A stretch of 24,736 nucleotides of DNA, taken from the NCBI GenBank assembly GCA_964019425.1, contig OZ025783.1, positions 1,736,001 through 1,760,736 on the forward strand. Direction: 5' to 3'. The stretch comes from Flectonema sp. DT1601. Its lineage: Eukaryota. The notes under the pieces are model-generated. The model saw only the letters and a program-made list of their open reading frames with translations. It had not been told where the DNA came from and did no database searches. Of the stretch, positions 1 to 9,236 are shown piece after piece (positions within the stretch are counted from its first letter, which is position 1; each line of letters begins with the position of its first letter). Position numbers and translations under genes: made by a program.

Positions 1-631
1 CCATGTGGTTTTAAGGGGCAATGGAATACTTAAGATGAAGTGGTATCATTAATCATCAAAGACCGGCTTGATGCCATCGCGGAGTGCCTAGTATGGCTGT
101 CAGTGCGTTTGTATTGTTGTTCCGCATTCAGCGAAATAAATAGTCTTTGTTACAGGAAAAACAAACATAGCAGTGAGCGAGGCGGTTTTAATTGGTTGTC
201 TGAACAATTCTGTGTATTGTGTCAAGGTAATTAGAATATTTTATTATTTACAGGTTACCCCTAGAGACAGAATAACCCGACTTTTGTAAGCACGAGGTTT
301 CTTCGCATTTACCTCTGAACTCTTTTATAACCCTATTTCTAGTTTAGGAAGTAACACACGTAGAGAATAATAAAATCAACTTCCTTTCATCTACTCCCAC
401 AGTAGCCATACTTATGATGATAGAATAGAGTTAAAGAGGTAACCTAAGTTCACTTTAAAAAGCTGCAGTACAATTAATTCTATAAACCCCTCCACAGAGT
501 AGATTCAGTACGACGTCTCGAGACGGTTAGCCTTGGCGAGCTCTAGTTAACGTTTCCACTTTTTGCTACAGTTTCAACACTAGCCGTGTCAACATCCCGT
601 CTTGTTTTACAGGAAATTACTTAAAACAACA

Positions 632-1117
632 ATGCAGGTTTCTGTGACATGTCCGGATTTGGGATTCGCTGCAGTGTCAGTCACGGTTAGTGTTGATTCC
701 CTTGTGAGCGAAGTCTTGACATCGGCGGCTGGGGAGTGGGATGTCGATACGGAGGAAGTTGAACTGTCGTTCGCTGGTGACACCCTTTGCGAAGGTGAGC
801 GACTAGCAGATCGTGGAGTGGGTGGAGACAGCGAGTTGGAGATGTGGAAGAAGCGGTTTCGTATATTCAGTAAATGCTGGTTTGTTAATGATTCAAAACG
901 GGAGAAGCTGCTTCGTTGGATAAGAGAACACAATGAGGAATACTTATACCTTGACACCACAACATTCACAGAGGATGGTTGCCTCGATATTGAGGATGAT
1001 TTGCTTCCTTCTGATGCCGAACGGGTTTCTTTCCGCAATTCAAATTCCGTCGCCTCAGCCATCTCACAAGTTGTCACTATTGGAGAATATTTCTTGTCTT
1101 CCTGTTCACAAATCACT
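632..1117 (+). pseudogene. Truncated host gene: N-terminal ubiquitin-like domain followed by the start of a BspA-type leucine-rich repeat
   Basis: ATG at 632 follows a pyrimidine tract + AG (TTGTTTTACAG, 602-612). MQVSVTCP...ELSFAGDTLCEGERLADRGVGGDSELEM resembles a UBL fold. VVTIGEYFLSSCSQIT resembles the first BspA-like LRR. Composition then changes abruptly at ~1118. Domain calls are by eye. Confidence 0.6.
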
Positions 1118-3395
1118 TGGGATCACGACACCTGCCTCCTCGCGGCGGTCCCGGACGACTTCGATAGGGGTCGACAAGACGGTGTCAAACGCAAGGGATG
1201 CGAACAACATCAACACCAACCACCACATCAAGAGCATCCGAACACTGGATGTTTCTTATCCAACAAAGAAAGAAACAGGCTGGCCCATGCCTTGAATGGC
1301 AATGGTGGAACAAGGAAGGACAGCAGAGACCGACGCCCGCGGGACGACACTCGCGACAGGGACGAGGACCGCACGGACAAGGAAGAACGCCGGCTGGCGA
1401 AACTCGAGAAGGAAAAACTCGAGTCGCTAGACGAAATCGAGGAAGAGAAGCAGCGGCTGGGGCAACAGAGAATGGCCATGGAGCAGCACCACCACCAGAA
1501 GGAAACCAACCTTCAAGGACAAGAAAAACAGTTGGAACAGCAACGCCAACACCAACAACAAGAACTGCAAAGTCAGTACCACCAACAACAGCAGCAACTG
1601 CAAAGCCACCATCAGCTGAAGGAAACGGAAAGTCTCCAGAAGGAGCAAAACCTACAGGCTCAACTCAAAGAGCAACATCAGCACCAACAGAAGGATTTGG
1701 AGAAGCAATACCGCCAACGACAACAGCAACTGGAAAGCCAGCAGCAGAAGAAGGACGCCGAGTCCGAACAGCAAGCACATTTGACTCGGTCACAACTACA
1801 GAAGGAAAAGGAATCCTTCCAGACGGAGAAGGAACGGCTCCACCTCCAGCTGGATCAGCAGCTAAGGAATGAGAAGGACCACCTCCACCGAAAGCTCAAG
1901 GAGCAGATTGGACAAGAAAAAGTCCAACAACAACAAAAGCTCCAACAGAAGGAAGACGAGATCCAACGGCGTGAGGAAGAGGTGAACCGAGGACAGCAGC
2001 AACTACACCAACAGCAGCAACAACTAGAGCAACAGCAACAGCAATCGCAACATCAGCAACTGGAACTACAACAGCAACGGCAACAACAACAACAACAGCA
2101 TCAACAACTGGAACTGGAACAACAACAACTACAACAGCAAACCCGCAAAGTTTGCGGGTTTGCAACTGCAACAACATCGACAACCGCAACAACCGCAACA
2201 GCAACCCGTACACTACATGCAACATCAACCGTATGCAACGTACGGCACCTACGCCCAGCAGCAGCAGTCTTCCCACTACGAAGGACTACAACAGGAACTG
2301 AAGCGCGAGAGAGAGGAGAAAAGCGAACTACGCGAGATGCTCCGAACTCTCCACAACAACTGGGCGGATTGAGAGAAGAAGGCCCAACATGCTGAGGCGA
2401 AGAGGCAGCAGGAAACGGCAGGACGGGAAGCGAGAGAGATGCAAGAACGTTTCTTGCTAGAACTCGAAGCGGAACGGGTCCAGATCAGAGGACTCAACTC
2501 GCTGAGAGAAGAGGAAGAGGAACATCAGATGGACACCACCCCTGATCAGGAAGCAAACACGGAAGTGAAGCAAACGCCACCGGTGAAGCTGCCCCAAGAC
2601 GGTATGAGGGAGCTAGACGCCTCACGCAAGAAGCTGATGAAGGAAATCAATGAAGGGCAGGTAGCCGGACGATCGGCCATCCAAGAGCAGATGGTCCGAG
2701 AGGCCGGGAGAGACTGGCGCAGACTCAGAAGAGCTGGGAGAACGCAGCACGCAAGGAGCGATTCAGGGTGGATAACCTCTCGCTGGCACCAGAATACTGG
2801 CCAGAGGGAATGGCGATCACGAAGGAGCAGTACGACGCCGGTGCAAAGGGAGTACACCTCACCACCAGAGAGGAGGCAAGGAAGAGGATGTCGGGAACAC
2901 CTCCGGGAGCCTGGGAAACGTTATCCCTAGTAACCCTGGAACCACCATCAGACACGGCGCAGAAAGTACAGGTAGTACTTAAGGAGACGACGAGCGACGG
3001 CAAGTCGTCTCCTTAAGCAACTCTGGATGACAACACTGGGAAGAGTGGTTGTACCATCCGGAACAGACGTCGTGCGGACGGAAAGCACGAGGGAGATGGT
3101 TGTCCGAGTGGACAAAAAATGGTCCGGAGAGAAGAGATGGTCGGAAGTGAAGCGCTCCCCGATCAGGGCAACGGAAGAGTTGAGGAAGATGCCGGCAACC
3201 CGCGGATCGGAGACCAGAGCGTCACGGTGATGCTCAGGGCGAAGGTAGCCGAAGTGAAGAACTTCCTCCGAGAATCGGGGAAGGACGGCGTCTTCACCAA
3301 GGAAAAGGATCCGAGAGAAGAACGAGCAGTGAAGGCGGCGGTCATTTGGCTACCGAAGGACGAGACACTCGGAATCGCTCGGGACAAGGCTGTAG
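1118..3395 (+). pseudogene. Disrupted Q-rich coiled-coil / ORF1-like region of the non-LTR remnant
   Basis: The Q-rich frame of ORF 602 continues in the frame of ORFs 2160 and 2439 once a 25-bp insertion at 2141-2165 is removed. Further pieces lie at 2768-3016, 3027-3230 and 3119-3395 (..RESGKDGVFTK..VIWLPK..). Confidence 0.5.
2137..2163. repeat. Perfect palindrome built from the octamer: GCAAACCCGCAAA-G-TTTGCGGGTTTGC
   Basis: Read directly: 13-bp arms, 1-nt centre, GCAA on both sides of the 25-bp insert. Confidence 0.95.
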
Positions 3396-4350
3396 AAGTC
3401 GATAATCAATGTCACCACACTAGAAGGAAAAATAGATGCCATCACAGATCTGAACCTAGATCTGATAGCTCTACAGGAAACTTCTCTGACGGGCCCACAG
3501 CAACGCCAGATGAAAAAACAGCTCGGTGAGAGAGGATGGGAAGCGACGTTCAGGTTAGAGTGCAAATTACTAACCGATGGGCAAAAGACGTGGACGGCGG
3601 CTGGAGGCGTGGCCATCTTGACGCGCACTGGTACACCGGTGAGAAGGATAAAACACGATCGGCTCGACAACACAGGACGATTCGTACACGCGGGAGTGTC
3701 GTACGGAAATGGCAAGGTACTGCACGTTTTCTCGTTCTACGGAGACGTACGTTCGGCGGTCTACACGGAAGAGTTGATTGCGGGGATGCTCGTGGAAGCA
3801 GCAGCTCTGGGTGATGTTCCCGTATTTATAGCGGGGGACTTCAACGTCGAAACAACGGAATCGCCGGCGCTTCTGTCGGCTTTCGCACACGGACTCTGGA
3901 TAGATGCCGCCGTCTCGATGGGAAACATGACACCGACAAGCGAAGCGGGAAAAGGACTTCGTAGAATCGATGCTATTCTGATGAACCGCGGGGCGGCGAC
4001 AGCAATCTCGAATGACACAACGATTCATGTGCATAAGAGTGAGCTGATCCCGACACACAAGCCGGTCATCATTAGAAAGCTCAACATCCCACGCTACAAC
4101 GAGAAGGCTCCTAGGCTGATAGTACCGAAACAGTTGGATACCTCCGAGACAACGGACCCGAGTGAGGGGAAGGCCGAAAGGCAACTCCACTGGACGCGAG
4201 CTGTAGCGACGGAAGATCCTGACAAGATGCTGGAGGCGCTTGGAGAGATCATCGAAAGATACCTTCTGACGGGAAAGCTGGAGATAAGTAACCCAGCCAA
4301 GTACAAGGGATGCGGGAAGAAGCGTGAGCCTGTGATGTGGACGAACGCGC
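3396..4350 (+). pseudogene. Apurinic/apyrimidinic-like (EEP) endonuclease domain of the non-LTR element, truncated
   Basis: Open frame from 3396 (same frame as ORF 3510) shows NVTTL, DLIALQET, GGVAIL, AGDFN, TPT, RRIDAIL and PTHKPV, the ordered motifs of LINE APE endonucleases. The frame then runs into the array. Confidence 0.85.
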
Positions 4351-5111
4351 AAACCCGCAAACCCGCAAACCCGCAAACCCGCAAACCCGCAAACCCGCAA
4401 ACCCGCAAACCCGCAAACCCGCAAACCCGCAAACCCGCAAACCCGCAAACCCGCAAACCCGCAAACCCGCAAACCCGCAAACCCGCAAACCCGCAAACCC
4501 GCAAACCCGCAAACCCGCAAACCCGCAAACCCGCAAACCCGCAAACCCGCAAACCCGCAAACCCGCAAACCCGCAAACCCGCAAACCCGCAAACCCGCAA
4601 ACCCGCAAAACCCGCAAACCCGCAAACCCGCAAACCCGCAAACCCGCAAACCCGCAAACCCGCAAACCCGCAAACCCGCAAACCCGCAAACCCGCAAACC
4701 CGCAAACCCGCAAACCCGCAAACCCGCAAACCCCGCAAACCCCGCAAACCCCGCAAACCCGCAAACCCGCAAACCCGCAAACCCGCAAACCCGCAAACCC
4801 GCAAACCCGCAAACCCGCAAACCCGCAAACCCGCAAACCCGCAAACCCGCAAACCCGCAAACCCGCAAACCCGCAAACCCGCAAACCCGCAAACCCGCAA
4901 ACCCGCAAACCCGCAAACCCGCAAACCCGCAAACCCGCAAACCCGCAAACCCGCAAACCCGCAAACCCGCAAACCCGCAAACCCGCAAACCCGCAAACCC
5001 GCAAACCCGCAAACCCGCAAACCCGCAAACCCGCAAACCCGCAAACCCGCAAACCCGCAAACCCGCAAACCCGCAAACCCGCAAACCCGCAAACCCGCAA
5101 ACCCGCAAACC
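4348..5111 (+). repeat. (AAACCCGC)n tandem array 1, about 95 units
   Basis: Direct reading; one AAAA variant near 4607-4610 and three consecutive AAACCCCGC 9-mers near 4728-4754. Confidence 0.98.
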
Positions 5112-5298
5112 TAACTACAGCGGGGAACCGGAACTTCGAAGTACAGCCGTCAGCATCATTTTCTCGCCATCGTTTGGCGCATCGATACATCCTATCAGAA
5201 TATATTTCATTTTATTTAGAGCTGTTTAACTCATGTTTAACTTTCCTTTTCTTTCAGCCGACGGGTTCGACCTATTAAACACTTAAACAAAAAGAAAA
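5112..5298 (+). repeat. Split direct repeat A1 of element 1
   Basis: Matches 9498-9684; ends immediately before the ATG at 5299. Confidence 0.95.
5241..5257 (+). promoter_or_regulatory. Putative (trans-)splice acceptor upstream of gag in element 1
   Basis: CTTTCCTTTTCTTTCAG ends 41 nt before the ATG. Element 2 has an equivalent tract ending in AG at 14830-14831, 43 nt before its ATG. Confidence 0.5.
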
Positions 5299-6531
5299 AT
5301 GGGTGATACTTATGACTTCGAATTTCCTAACTCATTAGTTACGCTATGGGGAAATACCGGTGAGGAACTGCTACCGAGAAGACACATAAATATGCCAGAT
5401 GTATTGGGTCGGATCCCATGGGCTGATTGGACAAGTGAAGCAGGCAAAATGATGATGATAATGGTGCTTGCAAGGTGCCTTGGGTGTGATAGAGAAGTAA
5501 TTCAAGGTATTTCACCGAGAAAGATTGCAATATTAATTGACGCGCTGCGAGGTCGGAATAATTTAATTGTTGATAGCATCGCCGAAGCTGTACAGAACGG
5601 GACACTAGCAAGCCTTTCTGGGATGCCTCAAGATCCGTTTAGAAAAGTTGAAGCGATTGTAACGACAGTTGCAAATAGACAAAGCCAGCAAGACGAGAAT
5701 CTCACAGGACTGTATCGTAGTACCGCTCAAGAATTTGCGAAGCATGAAGGAGCGATCCGTGCAGTAAGTAGCGAAGCAGCAAATGCCACGGCCGCCGCGA
5801 CAACAGCTGTTAAAAGTACCAATGATAGACAAGATTCGCTCGAGTCACGAACGGATGCTTTCGCAACAGATGTACTGAATAGGCTGAACAGGCAGTCAAA
5901 GCTTATTGAGGAGCAGCAGGAAATGATCTCTAAGCAAGATAAACAAATTGCAAACTTGATGCGGGCGTCGTACAGATACGTCCACCCAATGAGCGCGCAA
6001 CCGGCGCCTCGCACGACTGCACCTGAACAGCCGGAGCCAAGGGCTCGGTATGAAGAACCGACTTCCGCTGAAGAAACAAGAATTCACAATCCAGTCTCGC
6101 ATACTGTCCGTTCCGTTGCGGAAGACCCTGATAGGTGGATGGAGTACGCAGATGCCAGTAACTTCCAACTGACGGAATTAATTCGAGAGTTGCGAACATG
6201 GGTTCCTAGCAAGAAAGGGGATCTGCAAGATGGGATGGAGGCGGTGATCGGTGCGATCGAAGTCATCTTGCATCCGGAACGGGACGCTGAAGACGCTGTG
6301 CTTGCCCTTGCCGACAGCTTGCAGGTATTAAGGTGTAAGGCAAGGGATGGATGGAAGGCGGCTGAAGCTTTTAAAGGTGAACTCTGGAGGGAACAGAATG
6401 TTGCCCCACGTTATGCGAAAGCATGGCGGGCGTCTAGCACAGCTAAGGTGAAGTCAAACTACGCTGCGCGGAAAGAAGTCTCTAGAGGTTCAAAAAACGA
6501 AGCTTCAAAGGGCGGCAGGTCCCATCAATGA
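5299..6531 (+). CDS. Gag-like ORF1 of YR element 1 (410 aa)
   Basis: First ORF after A1, with a central coiled-coil-like stretch and basic C-terminus. N-terminal FEFPNSLVTLW resembles FHFPEQLMGVW of element 2. The gag call is positional; no CCHC knuckle seen. Confidence 0.75.
   Translation: MGDTYDFEFPNSLVTLWGNTGEELLPRRHINMPDVLGRIPWADWTSEAGKMMMIMVLARCLGCDREVIQGISPRKIAILIDALRGRNNLIVDSIAEAVQNGTLASLSGMPQDPFRKVEAIVTTVANRQSQQDENLTGLYRSTAQEFAKHEGAIRAVSSEAANATAAATTAVKSTNDRQDSLESRTDAFATDVLNRLNRQSKLIEEQQEMISKQDKQIANLMRASYRYVHPMSAQPAPRTTAPEQPEPRARYEEPTSAEETRIHNPVSHTVRSVAEDPDRWMEYADASNFQLTELIRELRTWVPSKKGDLQDGMEAVIGAIEVILHPERDAEDAVLALADSLQVLRCKARDGWKAAEAFKGELWREQNVAPRYAKAWRASSTAKVKSNYAARKEVSRGSKNEASKGGRSHQ
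6492..6498 (+). promoter_or_regulatory. Putative -1 ribosomal frameshift heptamer A_AAA_AAC
   Basis: X_XXY_YYZ in gag phase (TCA AAA AAC). The -1 frame is closed by TAG at 6483 and then open through to 9236. Confidence 0.7.
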
Positions 6532-9236
6532 AAAGAACGCAAGTGGTTGGGGACGGGCGCACCAGCCACGCGAAAGTTAAAATGGCGCCGAAATTACCAG
6601 AAAAGTCCATTGTCCGGGTTGCAACCGACTTTTCCTACTACCCAAGAGACCCAACCGGAGCTGCCTATTCTGACGAGGGAAATTTTAAACCATCTTGGGA
6701 AGAAAGACCGAACTCGCTCTGCACATACAGAGGACGGCGTCAGCGCGGAAGACGCTTCGAAGAAGCTGGCCGACGTGGTCGGGAAGATGTGGGCAGCGAG
6801 TACATCGGCGAAGGGACGAAACCTCTGGGCAAGACTCTTATCGTGGGCGGAAGTGAACAGCTTGCCAGTAAACGCGGAAACCGCTGTCTTATTCGTCCTT
6901 GCCACGAGGGTGAAACCACAAGGGCTACTTCAGTATGCAAAGTCCCTATCAGCAATCATGAAGTGTCTGGGAATGGACAATCGACAGCTACTAACTCTTG
7001 CCACCGCGCTACGAGCAGACGGCGCAGCTATTCCGACAAAGCAAGCACGGCCAATTACAAGGGAGGCTCTCATGGCCTGGGCGGAGTCATCATCGGACGA
7101 ACTATGGCTGGCAACAATGATCTGCTGGAAGACAGCCTCAAGATGGGGCGAGGTTCAGGCACTCACGTCGGAGCAATTCATTCGAGTGGAGAGGGAGGAA
7201 GTGATCATCGACTGGCTCAGCACGCCGAAGCTTCGATCAGCAAATCCATTCGTCCCGTCACGTTGGACTGTGATACGGGGGAGCATGACGGGAGAGATCT
7301 GGTTGCTTTTAAAGGACAAGATTCCATTCGGGGCACTCACAAACAGAACAACAGAAATGTTGGATCGGATGTGGGGAAGGGATCCGAACATGAAGGGATT
7401 TACAGCACACTCGATAAAGCGCGGCGCAGCAACAGTACTTTACGAAAACCTTGCAAAGGGAGCGGACTTACCGGAGCACATTATCTCTCGGACCCTGAAG
7501 CATGCGGAGAAGGAGACAGGGATATCATCAACATCGCTGAGGTACGGGGGTGCGCCAGCCGACATGGCAGTTGCTCTACAGACTTGGAAAGCCACCCAGC
7601 TCTTGTAAAACATGCACCGCATAGCATCTCGAGAAGGGGCCAGCGGACGAGGCTACCTGTCACAGCGGAAGAGAAGGCATCACCGCTTCATGTTTCTTCT
7701 ATAAAACTAATGAATGTTGACGGGCTTCGAGGGAGGCTGAACGACTCGGCAAGGGTGCGGTTTGATAGTGTCTGGGATATGGTATTCCCAAGGCAAACAC
7801 CACCTTCGCGAAGCAGCACACACTCGAAACACTCAACTCTCCAGCCTAGCCATGCTGACGAACTGGTTAGTCGTTCTATCGCACGCCATGCTGAAGCAGG
7901 GGGGGTAATGCAAAATGTGCCGTTCACTGTTGTTGAGGAGAAGGCTGAGGGCTTACGCCAGCGATTCATACTCTGGACAAAGGGACTGAACGACTGGGGC
8001 GAGGGTACTGGGTACCAAGCCGCCGTTCCACTGAAGCACATCTCAGCTTATCTTGGTGCTGTCAAGCAGGAGTGCGCCACAACTCGTGACTTCAGAACAG
8101 GATTCTTTGCGATTGAAATTCCAACATATGCAAGACATCTCTTCAGGTTCCAAGATAGCTCTGGAAGATGGTTCGAGATGCAACGACTACCGATGGGACA
8201 TATTGGCGCCCCGGAACTAATGCACACGCTCGCCGCATCCGCTGCAGGACATCCCGACTACGTTAGAAGTGACATTGCCGTGCACTCCGTTGGTATTGAC
8301 ATCTTTATTGACAATATAAGGTACACAGGGGAGCGGAAGCATATTCTCGATGCGACGACAGTGCTTGATGAGACTGCTTCGGGTATGTCTATTACATGGA
8401 AGGCTTCCGACTCACATACTGCTGCGACAACCTACACGTTCCTCGGGGCGGACTTTAATCATGAGCTTCGTACGGTAAGGGCTTCTGAGAAAATTCGACG
8501 CAAGATAAGTGGTGTGAATCTTTCCAACTGCACAGCTTCACAGCTCGAGTCACTCGGAGGAAGACTTGTTCACGCAAGCGCAATTGCAGGCGTTCCGATG
8601 GGTCAGTTCTGGTATGCAGTGAAGTTCCTTCGAAGGCTTGTCAACGGTCTCAATAGGGGGACCCGCCGTCCAGAAGCGAATGTTAACATCCCGCCGTCAG
8701 TTACCGCACAACTCTCTGCATGGTGCACTGCGGCTCTCAAGCAACAGACGATCTTCCAGCATGATAGCAGAAATTCAGTTACAACGTTCATCGACGCTTC
8801 TATGACGGGATGGGGCGGCGTTATTATTGATGACTCAACAGCTGAAATTATTATCCTCGGCGGCTCCTGGACGCCATCAGAAGCACGCCTCCACATCAAC
8901 GTTCTCGAATCTCTTGCATTATCTAAGACGCTTTCTCAGCTTCCCGTAAGATATAAGGGTGGCACCCTATCACTCTGGATCGATAACACTTCTGTTGTTG
9001 GTGCACTTCGAAAGAAACTCTGTGCTAGGTCAGCAGACTTAAACAAGAATGTCGTTCTTTCTTCTATAATATTCAAGAACCTCCAGCTCGATGTTAACAT
9101 CGGATGGGTCGCGTCAGCTAACAATCCAGCTGACATCCCATCACGCCTCCCAGAACACAAAATCTCATCGGCATCAACACTGCATACTGTCGAACTTGCG
9201 CTGCGGAGGTTTATTACAAGCGACGGGGTGGAGTGA
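6528..9236 (+). CDS. Reverse transcriptase-RNase H of element 1, with N-terminal extension overlapping the entire YR ORF
   Basis: RT motifs RQRFI, RDFRTGFF, RLPMG, FIDN, FLG. DIRS-type RNase H motifs FIDAS..GWG, HINVLE, IDNT, NPADIPSR. Confidence 0.92.
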   Translation: MKRTQVVGDGRTSHAKVKMAPKLPEKSIVRVATDFSYYPRDPTGAAYSDEGNFKPSWEERPNSLCTYRGRRQRGRRFEEAGRRGREDVGSEYIGEGTKPLGKTLIVGGSEQLASKRGNRCLIRPCHEGETTRATSVCKVPISNHEVSGNGQSTATNSCHRATSRRRSYSDKASTANYKGGSHGLGGVIIGRTMAGNNDLLEDSLKMGRGSGTHVGAIHSSGEGGSDHRLAQHAEASISKSIRPVTLDCDTGEHDGRDLVAFKGQDSIRGTHKQNNRNVGSDVGKGSEHEGIYSTLDKARRSNSTLRKPCKGSGLTGAHYLSDPEACGEGDRDIINIAEVRGCASRHGSCSTDLESHPALVKHAPHSISRRGQRTRLPVTAEEKASPLHVSSIKLMNVDGLRGRLNDSARVRFDSVWDMVFPRQTPPSRSSTHSKHSTLQPSHADELVSRSIARHAEAGGVMQNVPFTVVEEKAEGLRQRFILWTKGLNDWGEGTGYQAAVPLKHISAYLGAVKQECATTRDFRTGFFAIEIPTYARHLFRFQDSSGRWFEMQRLPMGHIGAPELMHTLAASAAGHPDYVRSDIAVHSVGIDIFIDNIRYTGERKHILDATTVLDETASGMSITWKASDSHTAATTYTFLGADFNHELRTVRASEKIRRKISGVNLSNCTASQLESLGGRLVHASAIAGVPMGQFWYAVKFLRRLVNGLNRGTRRPEANVNIPPSVTAQLSAWCTAALKQQTIFQHDSRNSVTTFIDASMTGWGGVIIDDSTAEIIILGGSWTPSEARLHINVLESLALSKTLSQLPVRYKGGTLSLWIDNTSVVGALRKKLCARSADLNKNVVLSSIIFKNLQLDVNIGWVASANNPADIPSRLPEHKISSASTLHTVELALRRFITSDGVE
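6547..7608 (+). CDS. Tyrosine recombinase of element 1 (start uncertain)
   Basis: Catalytic-type motifs in order: WKTASRWGEV (R), TPK (K), HSIKRGA, LKH, LRYG (Y). Same frame as gag after TGA 6529-6531. First in-frame ATG is at 6787 (MWA, shared with element 2). Confidence 0.9.
   Translation: MGTGAPATRKLKWRRNYQKSPLSGLQPTFPTTQETQPELPILTREILNHLGKKDRTRSAHTEDGVSAEDASKKLADVVGKMWAASTSAKGRNLWARLLSWAEVNSLPVNAETAVLFVLATRVKPQGLLQYAKSLSAIMKCLGMDNRQLLTLATALRADGAAIPTKQARPITREALMAWAESSSDELWLATMICWKTASRWGEVQALTSEQFIRVEREEVIIDWLSTPKLRSANPFVPSRWTVIRGSMTGEIWLLLKDKIPFGALTNRTTEMLDRMWGRDPNMKGFTAHSIKRGAATVLYENLAKGADLPEHIISRTLKHAEKETGISSTSLRYGGAPADMAVALQTWKATQLL

Larger units (their letters stand above)
1118..4350 (+). 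mobile_element. Decayed, 3'-truncated APE-type non-LTR retrotransposon remnant (ORF1-like region + endonuclease, no RT)
   Basis: A Q/E-rich coiled-coil region and fragmented ORFs (stops at 2370 and 3014, frameshifts) lead into an APE domain. It ends at the octamer array. The left boundary is approximate. Confidence 0.65.

Noticed and set aside
40..234. 64-aa ORF at the window start
   Set aside because: Short, non-ATG start, no recognisable features.
602..2395. 597-aa ORF as one real gene
   Set aside because: It is a chimera of a broken UBL/LRR gene and a retroelement-like region; the tail after 2141 is out of frame because of the 25-bp insert.
3510..5278. Long ORFs with RKPANPQT or GLRVCGFA repeats, including the apparent APE-repeat fusion
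   Set aside because: The octamer has no stop codon in any frame, so these are translation artefacts.
5339..9160. Minus-strand ORFs inside the YR elements (also 14930-18581)
   Set aside because: Short shadows of the plus-strand genes with no recognisable motifs.
5299..9236. Prokaryotic retron, DGR or prophage integrase module
   Set aside because: The RT is fused to a DIRS-type RNase H, and the repeats are identical split direct repeats without adenine-specific variation.
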